Assembly (NCBI GenBank): GCA_963795535.1
Contig: CAWCIG010000001.1
Location: forward strand, 209,420 to 273,419
Origin: Candidatus Acidiferrales bacterium
GTDB taxonomy: Bacteria; Acidobacteriota; Terriglobia; Acidiferrales; UBA7541
Length of the DNA stretch: 64,000 nucleotides
Direction: 5' to 3'
The position numbers and the translations under genes are program-made. The notes under the pieces were generated by a model. It worked only from the letters and a program-made list of their open reading frames with translations, was not told where the DNA came from and made no database searches. Below are positions 9,115-18,221 of this stretch, in pieces. Within the stretch, counting starts at the first letter, position 1; each line of letters opens with the position of its first letter.

Positions 9115-10107
9115 TCAGGCAGGCCGCACCGAAGATTCCACCCGCGCGTCGCCAGTCTGTTTAGACTTATCGGCCAACGTCATTTTGTAGTGTAAGCGCA
9201 GAATGGTGAGTCCCATAAAGCTGATGGTGTGGTCCGTGCGCAGCACGCCTTCCTCATCGACATACACACGGAAAACTTCATGCAGCGTCGTGAAGTTCCT
9301 CACTCGCCATGCTTCGGGACTAGCTTCCACGAGGCGGTAAAATCCCGATCGCCCAAACCGCGCTCCCGTCGAAACCAGTCCGAACGATCCATCCGCGTGC
9401 CAGCACGGCCGCAAATAAACGTTGGCGCTGCCCCGGCAGGGAAATGTTACCTTCACACAAGGATCGGTCTCGCCGGGAATACGCTCCACAGAATAAATTC
9501 CAGCATAGATGACTTTCCCATTCGATTTGAAACGCCGCAGCCAGCCGGTATAAGCGAGCCGCCCCGATTCCGGCTCTCGCAATTGCACCACTTCGCTGCT
9601 CATTCCCTTCGCCACTTCCAGGGAAGAAATCGGAAAGTTCAGCTGGTCCATGCGCCGGCTGATGAATTCCACCAGGAGCCAGAGGAAAAATCTTCCCGCC
9701 AGGTACACCTCGCTCCAAACTTCGAGATTGTACGCAGCGGCGTGTTCGTAAAAATGCCGGACGCGGGGGTGCACCGCATCTGGATTGAACGACGGTCCCC
9801 GCAACGCCTCGAAGTCCGCGATAAGGCCCGCCCCGGGAGGCGCGCTCAACTCCAAATGGTTCGTCGCAGCGATCCGCTGGTACACGCCGCCGCCGATCGC
9901 GCCCGGCTGCCCAAGAACGCAATCCAGCCACGGCGCATCCGCACGGCGGATCTTGCGGCCGGACAGCCGTACCATCCACTCGATCCCCGTTTCGAGAGTC
10001 CAGGCACACGCGTCGTGAATTCTTCGCCCGATCCCGCGTTCGCCTTTTTCAATGGGAAGGGAAGCTGAATCGGGAAGCGGTCCTGCCTGATTTGCTGGGA
10101 AACTCAT
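9115..10107 (-). CDS. hypothetical protein
   Basis: 330-aa ORF with no domain recognised. The competing + strand ORF (9229..10068) is an Arg/Pro-rich antisense shadow. Confidence 0.6.
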   Translation of the reverse strand: MSFPANQAGPLPDSASLPIEKGERGIGRRIHDACAWTLETGIEWMVRLSGRKIRRADAPWLDCVLGQPGAIGGGVYQRIAATNHLELSAPPGAGLIADFEALRGPSFNPDAVHPRVRHFYEHAAAYNLEVWSEVYLAGRFFLWLLVEFISRRMDQLNFPISSLEVAKGMSSEVVQLREPESGRLAYTGWLRRFKSNGKVIYAGIYSVERIPGETDPCVKVTFPCRGSANVYLRPCWHADGSFGLVSTGARFGRSGFYRLVEASPEAWRVRNFTTLHEVFRVYVDEEGVLRTDHTISFMGLTILRLHYKMTLADKSKQTGDARVESSVRPA

Positions 10108-10220
10108 CTTTGCGTATTATGCCACCCGCGGCGGAGCGCGAGATTCTACCGTTCGACACTGTGTTCCAATTCGACACGTCAGTTGACCATCTTCGCTTAC
10201 TCCGTAACAATGTTCTGACC

Positions 10221-11048
10221 ATGACTCCCAAACTTTCTGAGCAGCGTCTCGCGGTGCTCGGCACCGGCAAACTTGGCGGCATACTTCTCCGCGCCTATCT
10301 CAAGCAGGGGCTGTTTTCGCACATACAGGTCACCGCAACGGTCCGTCACCCGGAAAAAGCCGCCGCGCTGTCGAAAGAACTCGGCGTCAACGTCACGACG
10401 AACAATCGCAGCGCCGTGAAAGGCGCCGACGTCGTACTTCTGGCCGTGAAGCCTCAGGTTGTCGGCGACGTGCTGAAGGAAATCAAGCCTGCCCTCGGCA
10501 AGAAAACACTGATCATTTCCGTGGCCGCTTCCGTCCCGACGTCCTACATCGAGCAGCGCGCCGGCGCAAAAGTTCCAGTAATTCGCGCCATGCCCAACAC
10601 CTGCTCCATCGTTGGCTGCGGGATGACCGGCATCTGCCCCGGCGCGCACGCTTCGGCAGCGCACCTCGAAATTGCCGAGGCCATGTTCACGGCCGTCGGC
10701 CGCACGGTGGTCGTCGACGAAAAAAACATGGATGCAGTCACCGGCCTGTCCGCCAGCGGCCCCGCGTTCGTCTACATCATCCTCGAATCGCTAGCCGAAG
10801 CCGGCGTCAAAGTCGGCCTGCCTCGCGACATCGCCACCCTTCTTGCCGCTCAAACCATGAAAGGTGCCGCCAGCGTCGTTCTGGAAACGGGCGACCACCC
10901 CGCTCTGCTCAAAGATTCCGTCACCACGCCCGCAGGGTGCACCATCGACGGCATCCTCGAACTCGAGGAAGGGAAGTTGCGCGTCACGCTGATCAAAGCC
11001 GTTGTAAAAGCCACGCACCGTGCCAGCGAACTTTTGTTCGAAAAGTAG
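10221..11048 (+). CDS. proC: pyrroline-5-carboxylate reductase
   Basis: AVLGTGKLGGILLRAYL (Rossmann fold), VIRAMPNT, TTPAGCTIDGILELEEG. Trimmed from 10092 to ATG 10221 (275 aa). Confidence 0.9.
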   Translation: MTPKLSEQRLAVLGTGKLGGILLRAYLKQGLFSHIQVTATVRHPEKAAALSKELGVNVTTNNRSAVKGADVVLLAVKPQVVGDVLKEIKPALGKKTLIISVAASVPTSYIEQRAGAKVPVIRAMPNTCSIVGCGMTGICPGAHASAAHLEIAEAMFTAVGRTVVVDEKNMDAVTGLSASGPAFVYIILESLAEAGVKVGLPRDIATLLAAQTMKGAASVVLETGDHPALLKDSVTTPAGCTIDGILELEEGKLRVTLIKAVVKATHRASELLFEK

Positions 11049-11148
11049 CGGATTGCCTATTTTCGAATTTCTGATTTCCATTTTTCTGAACTTTCTGTGA
11101 CCTCCATCCTTGCGCTGCGCCCGCTCTTGTGTGCTAGCATCGCTCAGG

Positions 11149-11523
11149 ATGCCCACGGCCTACATTCCGGTCTTTATCTTCGCGCTGCTCGTGCTGTCCT
11201 TTCCCGTCGTCACGCTTCTCGTTTTCAAACTGATTCGCCCGGAATCGCGTGGCGGCCCGGCAAAATTCCTGCCGTACGAGTGCGGCGTTCCCGCCGAAAG
11301 CAACGCGCGAGGCCGCTATTCCGCCCGCTTCTATGTAGTCGCGATGCTGTTCGTCATCTTCGACGTGGAAACCATCTTCATGTTTCCGTGGGCGATCCTC
11401 TACCGTTCCTGGCTGGCGGCGCATCTGGGCTTCTTAGCGCTGATCTCTATGGTCGTCTTCCTGGGCATCCTCCTGGTGGGCTACGTCTGGCTCTACAAAA
11501 AGGGCGCCCTCGATTGGGCCTGA
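11149..11523 (+). CDS. nuoA: NADH-quinone oxidoreductase subunit A (cluster 1)
   Basis: FLPYECGVPAESNARGRYSARFYVVAMLFVIFDVETIFMFPWA is the NuoA signature. Trimmed to ATG 11149 (124 aa). Confidence 0.9.
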   Translation: MPTAYIPVFIFALLVLSFPVVTLLVFKLIRPESRGGPAKFLPYECGVPAESNARGRYSARFYVVAMLFVIFDVETIFMFPWAILYRSWLAAHLGFLALISMVVFLGILLVGYVWLYKKGALDWA

Positions 11524-11878
11524 GTTTGCAGTGCGGCGGCTCGCCGCCAATTTCACGTTGCAGCCCGTGACTCCCGAACGACCCGATAAGCAACAACTAC
11601 CCGTAACAATCCAAAGTCAAAACGAAAACGTCCAGACTTTCCCACCGCTCTGTGTCCCCGCTCATTGACTGACCTTACCGCGTATGTTAGAAAGCCAAGG
11701 AACGATGAGAATAGCTGCCAGGTCGCGGATGCGTGCATCCGCAATACAGGATGGCGTTTGCGTTCCTCCTTCCTTGCGCATGCAGCCTTTTTATTCGCCA
11801 TCCGGAGCTAGTCGAGTCCGCGGTTTGCTGTTGCTCTATTTTTAATAGTTGCGTTGCAGTACATTGGTCCCAGGGTCC

Positions 11879-12535
11879 ATGGCAGACGAGCCTAAGCCAT
11901 CCCAAGAGCCTGAAACTACTCCGCCGGCGCCAAAGGGCGCTTCGCCCACGTCTCCGCCGAAGAGTGCCCCCGTGCCCGCTGCTCCCACGGCGGCGAAGCC
12001 GGTTGCTGTCGTGCCAAAAGCTCCCGCGCCCGCGCAGATTCCGCTCGATAACGATCTTGTCCGCCGTTACCGCGAGCGTTTTGGCGCCGCTATCCTCGAT
12101 GCGCTCGAGGATCGCAAGCAGCCCTACCTGGTGATCGACTCCGCCCAGCTCCAGGACATCGCCCGTTATTCTCGCGACCACGAAAAATTCGATCTGCTCG
12201 AGGATTTTACCGCCGTCGATTGGCCGCGTCGCGAAAAACGCTTCGACCTCATCGCCATTCTCTATTCGTTCCCGCATAACATTCGTCTGCGGCTCAAGAT
12301 TCCCGTTGCGGCAAACGACCAGCCCCGCAGCCTCTCAGAAATTTGGCCCACGGCGAACTGGTTGGAGCGCGAAATTTTTGACCTGTTCGGCATCGAATTC
12401 GCCGGCCATCCCGGACTGAAACGCATTCTGTTGCCCGACGGTTGGCAGGGCCATCCCTTGCGCAAGGATTACGACATTCTTCAGCAAGACACCGCGTGGG
12501 TCCGGGAAAATCTCGGCATCGATAGCGGCCAATAG
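11879..12535 (+). CDS. nuoC: NADH-quinone oxidoreductase subunit C (cluster 1) with Pro/Ala-rich N-terminal extension
   Basis: [43 protein letters not shown] is the NuoC/30-kDa signature. The first ~55 aa are low complexity ([26 protein letters not shown]). Confidence 0.9.
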   Translation: MADEPKPSQEPETTPPAPKGASPTSPPKSAPVPAAPTAAKPVAVVPKAPAPAQIPLDNDLVRRYRERFGAAILDALEDRKQPYLVIDSAQLQDIARYSRDHEKFDLLEDFTAVDWPRREKRFDLIAILYSFPHNIRLRLKIPVAANDQPRSLSEIWPTANWLEREIFDLFGIEFAGHPGLKRILLPDGWQGHPLRKDYDILQQDTAWVRENLGIDSGQ

Positions 12536-12537
12536 GT

Positions 12538-13701
12538 TTGCGGCAAATAGTTTTGGGAGAAGTGGCAAACACAGTGCAGCAAGACGCATCACGAAAAGAT
12601 ACGCTCCTCGGCGCCGACGAGCTCGTGCTCAACATGGGCCCGCAGCATCCGTCGACGCATGGAGTGCTGCGCGTCAAACTAAAACTGGATGGCGAGCGTG
12701 TCCGTGGAACCGAATGCGTAATCGGCTACCTTCATCGTGGCGTGGAGAAAATAGCAGAGAATCGCACCTATCAGCAGTTCGCCCCATACGTCGACCGCAT
12801 GGATTATGTGGCAGCCGTGAGCAACGGCCTCGGCTATTGCGAAGCGGTCGAAAAACTTCTGGCTGTAGAAGCTCCGCTGCGCGCCAGAGTGATTCGTACA
12901 ATTCTCACTGAGCTTCAACGCATCGCCAGCCATCTACTCTGGCTCGGCACGCACGCGCTCGACATTGGCGCGCTAACCCCGCTGTTCTACTGCATGCGCG
13001 AGCGCGAAGAAATCCTGAAAATTTTCGAGAAATATTGCGGGGCGCGCCTGACCACGCACGCCTTCCGCATTGGCGGTCTGCAATATGAGGCTTACGACGG
13101 CTTCGAGAAAGACGTTGAGCGTTTCTGCAAGGATTTCGAACGCCGCATTGAAGAATACGTGACCCTACTCACCGGCAACAGCATATGGATCGGCCGCACG
13201 CGCAACGTCGGTGTCCTCAACGCCGCGGACTGCATCGCCCTTGGCGCAAGCGGACCCATTCTGCGTGCCGCCGGCGTGAAATGGGATCTGCGCAAAGCCC
13301 AGCCGTACGCTGCCTACGATCGCTATCAATTCGAAATCCCCGTGGGCACCAACGGCGACACCTACGATCGCTACATGGTGCGCATGGAAGAGATGCGCCA
13401 GTCCCGCTTGATTTGCCTGCAGGCCATCGAAAATATTCCCGAAGGCCCGATCATGGGCAAAGTGGGCAAGGTGCTGAAGCCTCCACCGGGCGAAATTTAT
13501 CACTCGATCGAGGCGCCCAAGGGCATTCTCGGTTACTACATCGTCAGCGACGGCACCATTCAGCCGTATCGCGTGCGCATTCGTCCTCCATCGTTCGTCA
13601 ATCTTCAGGCGCTGGACAAAATGATTCGCGGCCATCTGGTCGCCGACGTGGTCGCGGTCATCGGCACTCTCGACATCGTGCTCGGAGAGGTGGACCGCTA
13701 G
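12538..13701 (+). CDS. nuoD: NADH-quinone oxidoreductase subunit D (cluster 1)
   Basis: [29 protein letters not shown] and C-terminal [12 protein letters not shown]. The start is TTG 12538, directly after the nuoC stop. GTG 12562 is an alternative. Confidence 0.9.
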   Translation: MRQIVLGEVANTVQQDASRKDTLLGADELVLNMGPQHPSTHGVLRVKLKLDGERVRGTECVIGYLHRGVEKIAENRTYQQFAPYVDRMDYVAAVSNGLGYCEAVEKLLAVEAPLRARVIRTILTELQRIASHLLWLGTHALDIGALTPLFYCMREREEILKIFEKYCGARLTTHAFRIGGLQYEAYDGFEKDVERFCKDFERRIEEYVTLLTGNSIWIGRTRNVGVLNAADCIALGASGPILRAAGVKWDLRKAQPYAAYDRYQFEIPVGTNGDTYDRYMVRMEEMRQSRLICLQAIENIPEGPIMGKVGKVLKPPPGEIYHSIEAPKGILGYYIVSDGTIQPYRVRIRPPSFVNLQALDKMIRGHLVADVVAVIGTLDIVLGEVDR

Positions 13702-13705
13702 CCCC

Positions 13706-15085
13706 ATGAATCCCACCGCCCAAGCCCTTCTACATTTCTTGCAGACTTGGTGGGTCGAACTCGCCTGCGCCGTGGTCATTGTCGCGATCGTTCCGTTGAT
13801 CGCAGGCTATGTGGTTCTTGTCGAGCGTAAGCTGATGGCAGACATGCAAGCCCGGCTCGGGCCAATGCGCGTGGGCCCGCACGGTCTGTTGCAGCCCATC
13901 GCAGACGCTGTGAAGCTGCTGATCAAGGAAGACCTCGTTCCACGAGACGCCGACGGTTTGATTTTCTGGTTTGCTCCTGTCATCACCATGGTTGCCGCGC
14001 TCACAGCCATGGGCGCGCTGTACTTCGGCCCTGCTTTCCGCGTCGCTCAGGACATCGACATTGGCATACTGTTCGTCATCGGTGTCAGCTCACTCGGTTT
14101 TATTGGCATCATTCTTGGCGGCTGGGCCTCCAATAGCCATTACTCCATCATCGGCGCCATCCGCAGCACCGCTCAACTTGTCAGTTACGAAGCGGCCGGC
14201 GGCATCGCCATTGTCAGCGCTTTGCTCCTCGCCGGTACGTTGAGAATTCCTGATATCGTCGCTGCACAATTCGACAATCACGTTTGGTTTATTTTTCTGG
14301 CACCCGTGGGCTTCTTCATTTTTCTGGTCGCCTCCATCGCGGAAACCAATCGCGCTCCCTTCGACCTTCCCGAAGCGGAATCCGAACTGGTCGCCGGCTA
14401 CATGACGGAATATAGCGGTTTCCGTTGGTCGCTCTACTTCCTAGGTGAATATGCCAACATGATCGTGGTCGCCTCGGTGGCAACGACGCTCTTTCTCGGC
14501 GGCTGGCTCCGGCCTTTTCCAAATGTCTACTGGCTGAGATGGTTAGATTTCCTGCCCGCTGTGTTCCTCGGCCTTGTCGGTGTGTATTGCATTTACAGGG
14601 CAGGGAAGCAGCCGGTGAAAATTCAAACCGCGTTCATGTGGGCCGTAGCGCTGGCGTGCTTCGGGCTCGCGGCCGTTTTTGGGGCCCCTCTACTGATCAA
14701 CATCCTGCATAAATTCGGACTGGTGCGCTCACTTAGCCTCGATTTCGTTAGGCCCGGCCTTTACGGCGCCTTCTGGTTCCTACTCAAAGTTTCCGCGTAC
14801 ATTTATGTTTTTATGTGGCTGCGCTTCACGTTGCCGCGCTACCGCTTCGATCAGCTCATGCATCTCGGATGGTACATTTTGATTCCGCTGGCCATCGTCA
14901 ATGTATTCTCCGTCGGATTGGCCCTATTGCTCGAATCGGAATTCGCCTTGAATCGCTGGTTCGCCATGATTGTCACCACCGCGTTCACCTTGGCGATTTC
15001 TCTGTTCCTCGTTCGCATGCACGATAAACGCACCGCCGCGGCTTCGTCTGCCGCCACCGTCCCATCGGATTCCCATGCTGGATAG
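13706..15085 (+). CDS. nuoH: NADH-quinone oxidoreductase subunit H (cluster 1)
   Basis: QARLGPMRVGPHGLLQPIADAVKL, ETNRAPFDLPEAESELVAGY, LPRYRFDQLM. At 459 aa it is long for NuoH. Confidence 0.9.
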   Translation: MNPTAQALLHFLQTWWVELACAVVIVAIVPLIAGYVVLVERKLMADMQARLGPMRVGPHGLLQPIADAVKLLIKEDLVPRDADGLIFWFAPVITMVAALTAMGALYFGPAFRVAQDIDIGILFVIGVSSLGFIGIILGGWASNSHYSIIGAIRSTAQLVSYEAAGGIAIVSALLLAGTLRIPDIVAAQFDNHVWFIFLAPVGFFIFLVASIAETNRAPFDLPEAESELVAGYMTEYSGFRWSLYFLGEYANMIVVASVATTLFLGGWLRPFPNVYWLRWLDFLPAVFLGLVGVYCIYRAGKQPVKIQTAFMWAVALACFGLAAVFGAPLLINILHKFGLVRSLSLDFVRPGLYGAFWFLLKVSAYIYVFMWLRFTLPRYRFDQLMHLGWYILIPLAIVNVFSVGLALLLESEFALNRWFAMIVTTAFTLAISLFLVRMHDKRTAAASSAATVPSDSHAG

Positions 15086-15608
15086 CATTATTTTTTACTT
15101 TTTCGCCGGGGTCGCGGTGCTCAGCGCCGCGCTGATGGTCACGCGCCGCAACGCGATTCACTCTGCGGTTTTCCTGATCACCACGCTGCTGTCCACAGCA
15201 GGCATTTTCCTGCAGCTTCGCGCCGAATTCCTCTTCATCACGCAGATCATTCTGTATGTCGGCGGCATCATGGTGCTGTTCATTTTTGTCATCATGCTGG
15301 TGCGCCTGGATGCGCCCATTCACCAATTGCGATTTCGCACGCAGAGGCTAGTCGCCATTCTGGTCGCCGTGGCACTCGGTCTGGAAGTGACCGTAATCCT
15401 GCTTCTCGCCCGCAAATTGCCTGGGGGTGGCCTGCTGATTCAGGGGAGCGCGCCCGCGGATAAGTTGCCGCCAAATTCCGAGGAATTGGCGAAAAGCCTG
15501 TTCAGCAATTACCTGCTGCCCTTCGAAATGGCCAGCATTCTGTTGCTCGTTGCCATGATTGGTGCTGTGGTGATGGCCAAGAACCGCAGAAGGACGGACG
15601 AATCATGA
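15075..15608 (+). CDS. nuoJ: NADH-quinone oxidoreductase subunit J (cluster 1)
   Basis: MLDSIIFYFFAGVAVLSAALMVTRRNAIHSAVFLI...YVGGIMVLFIFVIML. Trimmed from 14970 to ATG 15075, which overlaps the nuoH end by 11 nt. Confidence 0.85.
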   Translation: MLDSIIFYFFAGVAVLSAALMVTRRNAIHSAVFLITTLLSTAGIFLQLRAEFLFITQIILYVGGIMVLFIFVIMLVRLDAPIHQLRFRTQRLVAILVAVALGLEVTVILLLARKLPGGGLLIQGSAPADKLPPNSEELAKSLFSNYLLPFEMASILLLVAMIGAVVMAKNRRRTDES

Positions 15609-15907
15609 TGTCTCCGGCGCATTATCTGTTTCTCAGCCTGGCGCTGTTCCTGATCGGCTGCATCGGCGTGGTGACGCGCCGCAACGTCATCGTCGTTTTG
15701 ATGTCCATCGAATTGATCCTGAACGCCGTGAACATCAACCTCGTTCTCTTCTCGCGCATTTTCGGCGACGTATCCGGGCAGGTTTTTGCCCTGTTCATCA
15801 TCGCGGACGCCGCTGCCGAAGCTGCCATCGGTCTCGGCATCGTGATCGCCTTCTTCCGCAACCGCGAAACCGTCCTGGCCGACGAAATGGACCTCCTAAA
15901 ATGGTAA
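15605..15907 (+). CDS. nuoK: NADH-quinone oxidoreductase subunit K (cluster 1)
   Basis: 100 aa with three TM helices and SIELILNAVNINLV...AAAEAAIGLGIVIAFFRN. ATGA overlap with the nuoJ stop. Confidence 0.9.
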   Translation: MMSPAHYLFLSLALFLIGCIGVVTRRNVIVVLMSIELILNAVNINLVLFSRIFGDVSGQVFALFIIADAAAEAAIGLGIVIAFFRNRETVLADEMDLLKW

Positions 15908-15928
15908 GCGCCTCAAGTCTGAATTTGT

Positions 15929-15952
15929 CGCACAGGCGCTCTTGCCTGTGCG
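15929..15952 (+). repeat. REP-like hairpin, family GCACAGGC-N6-GCCTGTGC
   Basis: CGCACAGGC gctctt GCCTGTGCG forms a perfect 9-bp stem. A near-identical copy is at 57025-57046. Confidence 0.6.
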
Positions 15953-15970
15953 CGGGCAACTTCTGGCTCT

Positions 15971-16038
15971 TTAGGGGGTCGGAGCTTCAGCTCCGACATT
16001 CAAATCCTGCCAACACTAGGGCTTTAGCTCCTGAGGAA
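15971..16038 (+). repeat. ~68-bp intergenic repeat (TTAGGGGGTC..GAGCTTCAGCTCCGACAT..GGCTTTAGCTCCTGAGGAA)
   Basis: Aligns by eye with 44777-44844. The shared blocks are TTAGGGGGTC, GAGCTTCAGCTCCGACAT and GGC.TTAGC.CCTGAGGAA. It contains the internal palindrome TCGGAGCTTCAGCTCCGA. Confidence 0.6.
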
Positions 16039-16070
16039 CCGTCGTTCCGCAGTCGAGGAAGCAGCCGCCC

Positions 16071-18209
16071 ATGAGCTCCTCCAACTATTTCCTCGAACAT
16101 CTCTGGCTTATCCCGCTTTTTCCTCTGATCAGTGCGGCGATCATGTTGTTTATCGGGCGTCTTCTTCCCAAGGAAGCCATCAACTTCTTCTGTGTGGGCA
16201 GCGTTTTCCTTTCCTTCATCCACGCTGCGGGTGCCGCTCTCGCGCTGTTCGCCATGGACCCCGCCCATCGGGTCTTCCAGCAAATCCTGTTCGAATGGGT
16301 CACCCCCGGCCCCATCCCCGCCACCGGCGGTCCCGTTCCTTTCATCGCCGACTGGGGCTATCTGCTTGACCCGCTTTCCTGCGTGATGATTCTTGTCGTC
16401 ACTGGCGTCGGTTTCCTGATCCACGTCTACTCCATCGGTTACATGAGCGACGAAGGCGGCTACTATCGCTTCTTCGGCTACCTGAACTTGTTCATGTTTT
16501 CCATGCTGATCCTGGTGCTGGCCAACAATCTTCTTCTGCTCTTTGTCGGCTGGGAAGGCGTTGGCCTTTGCAGCTACCTGTTGATCGGTTTTTACTTTCT
16601 GAAGAAGTCCGCCGCCGACGCAGGCAAAAAAGCATTCATCGTGAATCGTGTCGGCGACACAGGTTTCCTGCTCGGCATTTTTTATATCGCGATCACTTTT
16701 GGCACGATCCGCTTCACCTCGCAGGGCCTGACCGATCCCGTCGCCTATGCGGGTATCAATCAAACGCTCGCGGCCATGTTGGAACAAGGGCGCGTGGCGT
16801 TTGGCGCGCCGGTCCTCACCGCCATCGCCTTGCTTCTCTTCATCGGCGCCACGGGAAAATCCGCCCAGCTTCCTCTCTACGTTTGGCTGCCCGACGCCAT
16901 GGAAGGCCCCACGCCCGTCAGCGCGTTGATCCATGCGGCAACGATGGTGACCGCCGGCGTTTACATGGTTGCGCGCATGAACGCCATTTATCAGCTTGCG
17001 CCCGCGGCCATGGACGTCGTCGCCATCGTCGGCGCGCTCACCGCCATTTTCGCCGCATCGATTGCGCTCGTGCAGAACGACATCAAGAAAGTTCTCGCGT
17101 ATTCCACCATCAGCCAGCTCGGCTACATGTTCCTGGCCCTAGGCGTGGGCGCGTTTTCCGCTGGCATTTTCCACCTGATGACGCATGCCTTCTTCAAAGC
17201 GCTGCTCTTCCTCGGCGCAGGCAGCGTCATTCACGCGCTCTCCGGCGAACAGGATCTGCGCAAAATGGGCGGCCTCTGGGACACGGTTCCCGCCACGTCA
17301 CGCCCATTCTTGATTGCCACGCTCGCCATTGCCGGCATGCCGCCGCTCGCGGGATTTTTCAGTAAAGATGAAATTCTCGGCCATGCCTTCTGGCGTTCCG
17401 CCAGCATGGATCGCTACCTCTTTCTCTGGATCGTCGGCCTGATCACCGCGGGACTCACAGCGTTCTACATGTTCCGCCTGTTGTTCCTAGCTTTCTTCGG
17501 CCTTTCCCGTGTCTCACCCGAACTGGAGCACCACATCCACGAATCGCCGAAGACCATGACGGTTCCGCTCATGATCCTCGCTGCTCTTTCCATCGTGGGC
17601 GGCTGGTTCGCGCTGCCCACTCTTTGGGGTGCTAAGAGTTCGTTCGAAGAGTTTCTTGAGCCGGTCGTCAGCGGCGTCATCCCGGAAACGATGAGCGTCA
17701 AGTTTGCGCATCACACGTTGCTCGTCGAATGGTTCCTCATGGCCATTTCCGTGAGCATCGCAGGGTTCGGCATCTGGCTCGCGTACAACCTCTACCTGAA
17801 GCATCCGCAACTGCACTACAAAGTTTCCGCTGCGTGGCCGAGCCTTCACAATCTTCTGATTCACAAATATTACGTCGATGAGATTTACGACGCGCTCTTC
17901 GTAAATCGCATCAAGGATCTCAGCACCGCTTTCGCTCTCTTCGATTCGAACGTGATTGACGGGCTCGGCATCGACGGTGCGGCCTGGCTGGCGCGCATGC
18001 TTTCTCGTATTTCCATGTGGTGGGACAAGTGGGTTGTCGACGGCCTCGTGAATTTCGCCGGCAAGTTCACTCGTTCGCTGAGCCATCCGATCCGGCTGTT
18101 TCAGACCGGCATTTTCTCCAGCTATGCCGTCTTTATTCTGATCGGGCTGGCGATTTTGCTCGCGTATTACGGACATCACATGCAGGTTTTAGTGCGCAGT
18201 TTGCGCTGA
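16071..18209 (+). CDS. nuoL: NADH-quinone oxidoreductase subunit L (cluster 1)
   Basis: LFVGWEGVGLCSYLLIGFYF, SAQLPLYVWLPDAMEGPTPVSALIHAATMVTAGVY. 712 aa. Confidence 0.92.
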   Translation: MSSSNYFLEHLWLIPLFPLISAAIMLFIGRLLPKEAINFFCVGSVFLSFIHAAGAALALFAMDPAHRVFQQILFEWVTPGPIPATGGPVPFIADWGYLLDPLSCVMILVVTGVGFLIHVYSIGYMSDEGGYYRFFGYLNLFMFSMLILVLANNLLLLFVGWEGVGLCSYLLIGFYFLKKSAADAGKKAFIVNRVGDTGFLLGIFYIAITFGTIRFTSQGLTDPVAYAGINQTLAAMLEQGRVAFGAPVLTAIALLLFIGATGKSAQLPLYVWLPDAMEGPTPVSALIHAATMVTAGVYMVARMNAIYQLAPAAMDVVAIVGALTAIFAASIALVQNDIKKVLAYSTISQLGYMFLALGVGAFSAGIFHLMTHAFFKALLFLGAGSVIHALSGEQDLRKMGGLWDTVPATSRPFLIATLAIAGMPPLAGFFSKDEILGHAFWRSASMDRYLFLWIVGLITAGLTAFYMFRLLFLAFFGLSRVSPELEHHIHESPKTMTVPLMILAALSIVGGWFALPTLWGAKSSFEEFLEPVVSGVIPETMSVKFAHHTLLVEWFLMAISVSIAGFGIWLAYNLYLKHPQLHYKVSAAWPSLHNLLIHKYYVDEIYDALFVNRIKDLSTAFALFDSNVIDGLGIDGAAWLARMLSRISMWWDKWVVDGLVNFAGKFTRSLSHPIRLFQTGIFSSYAVFILIGLAILLAYYGHHMQVLVRSLR

Positions 18210-18221
18210 AAGGCGATTCGC

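Noticed and set aside
11524-11878. Possible nuoB pseudogene in the nuoA1-nuoC1 gap.
   Set aside because: Three-frame reading by eye shows no CC..E, CPP or GxCA-type NuoB remnants, and stops occur in all frames. A fully eroded relic cannot be excluded without a sensitive tblastn search.
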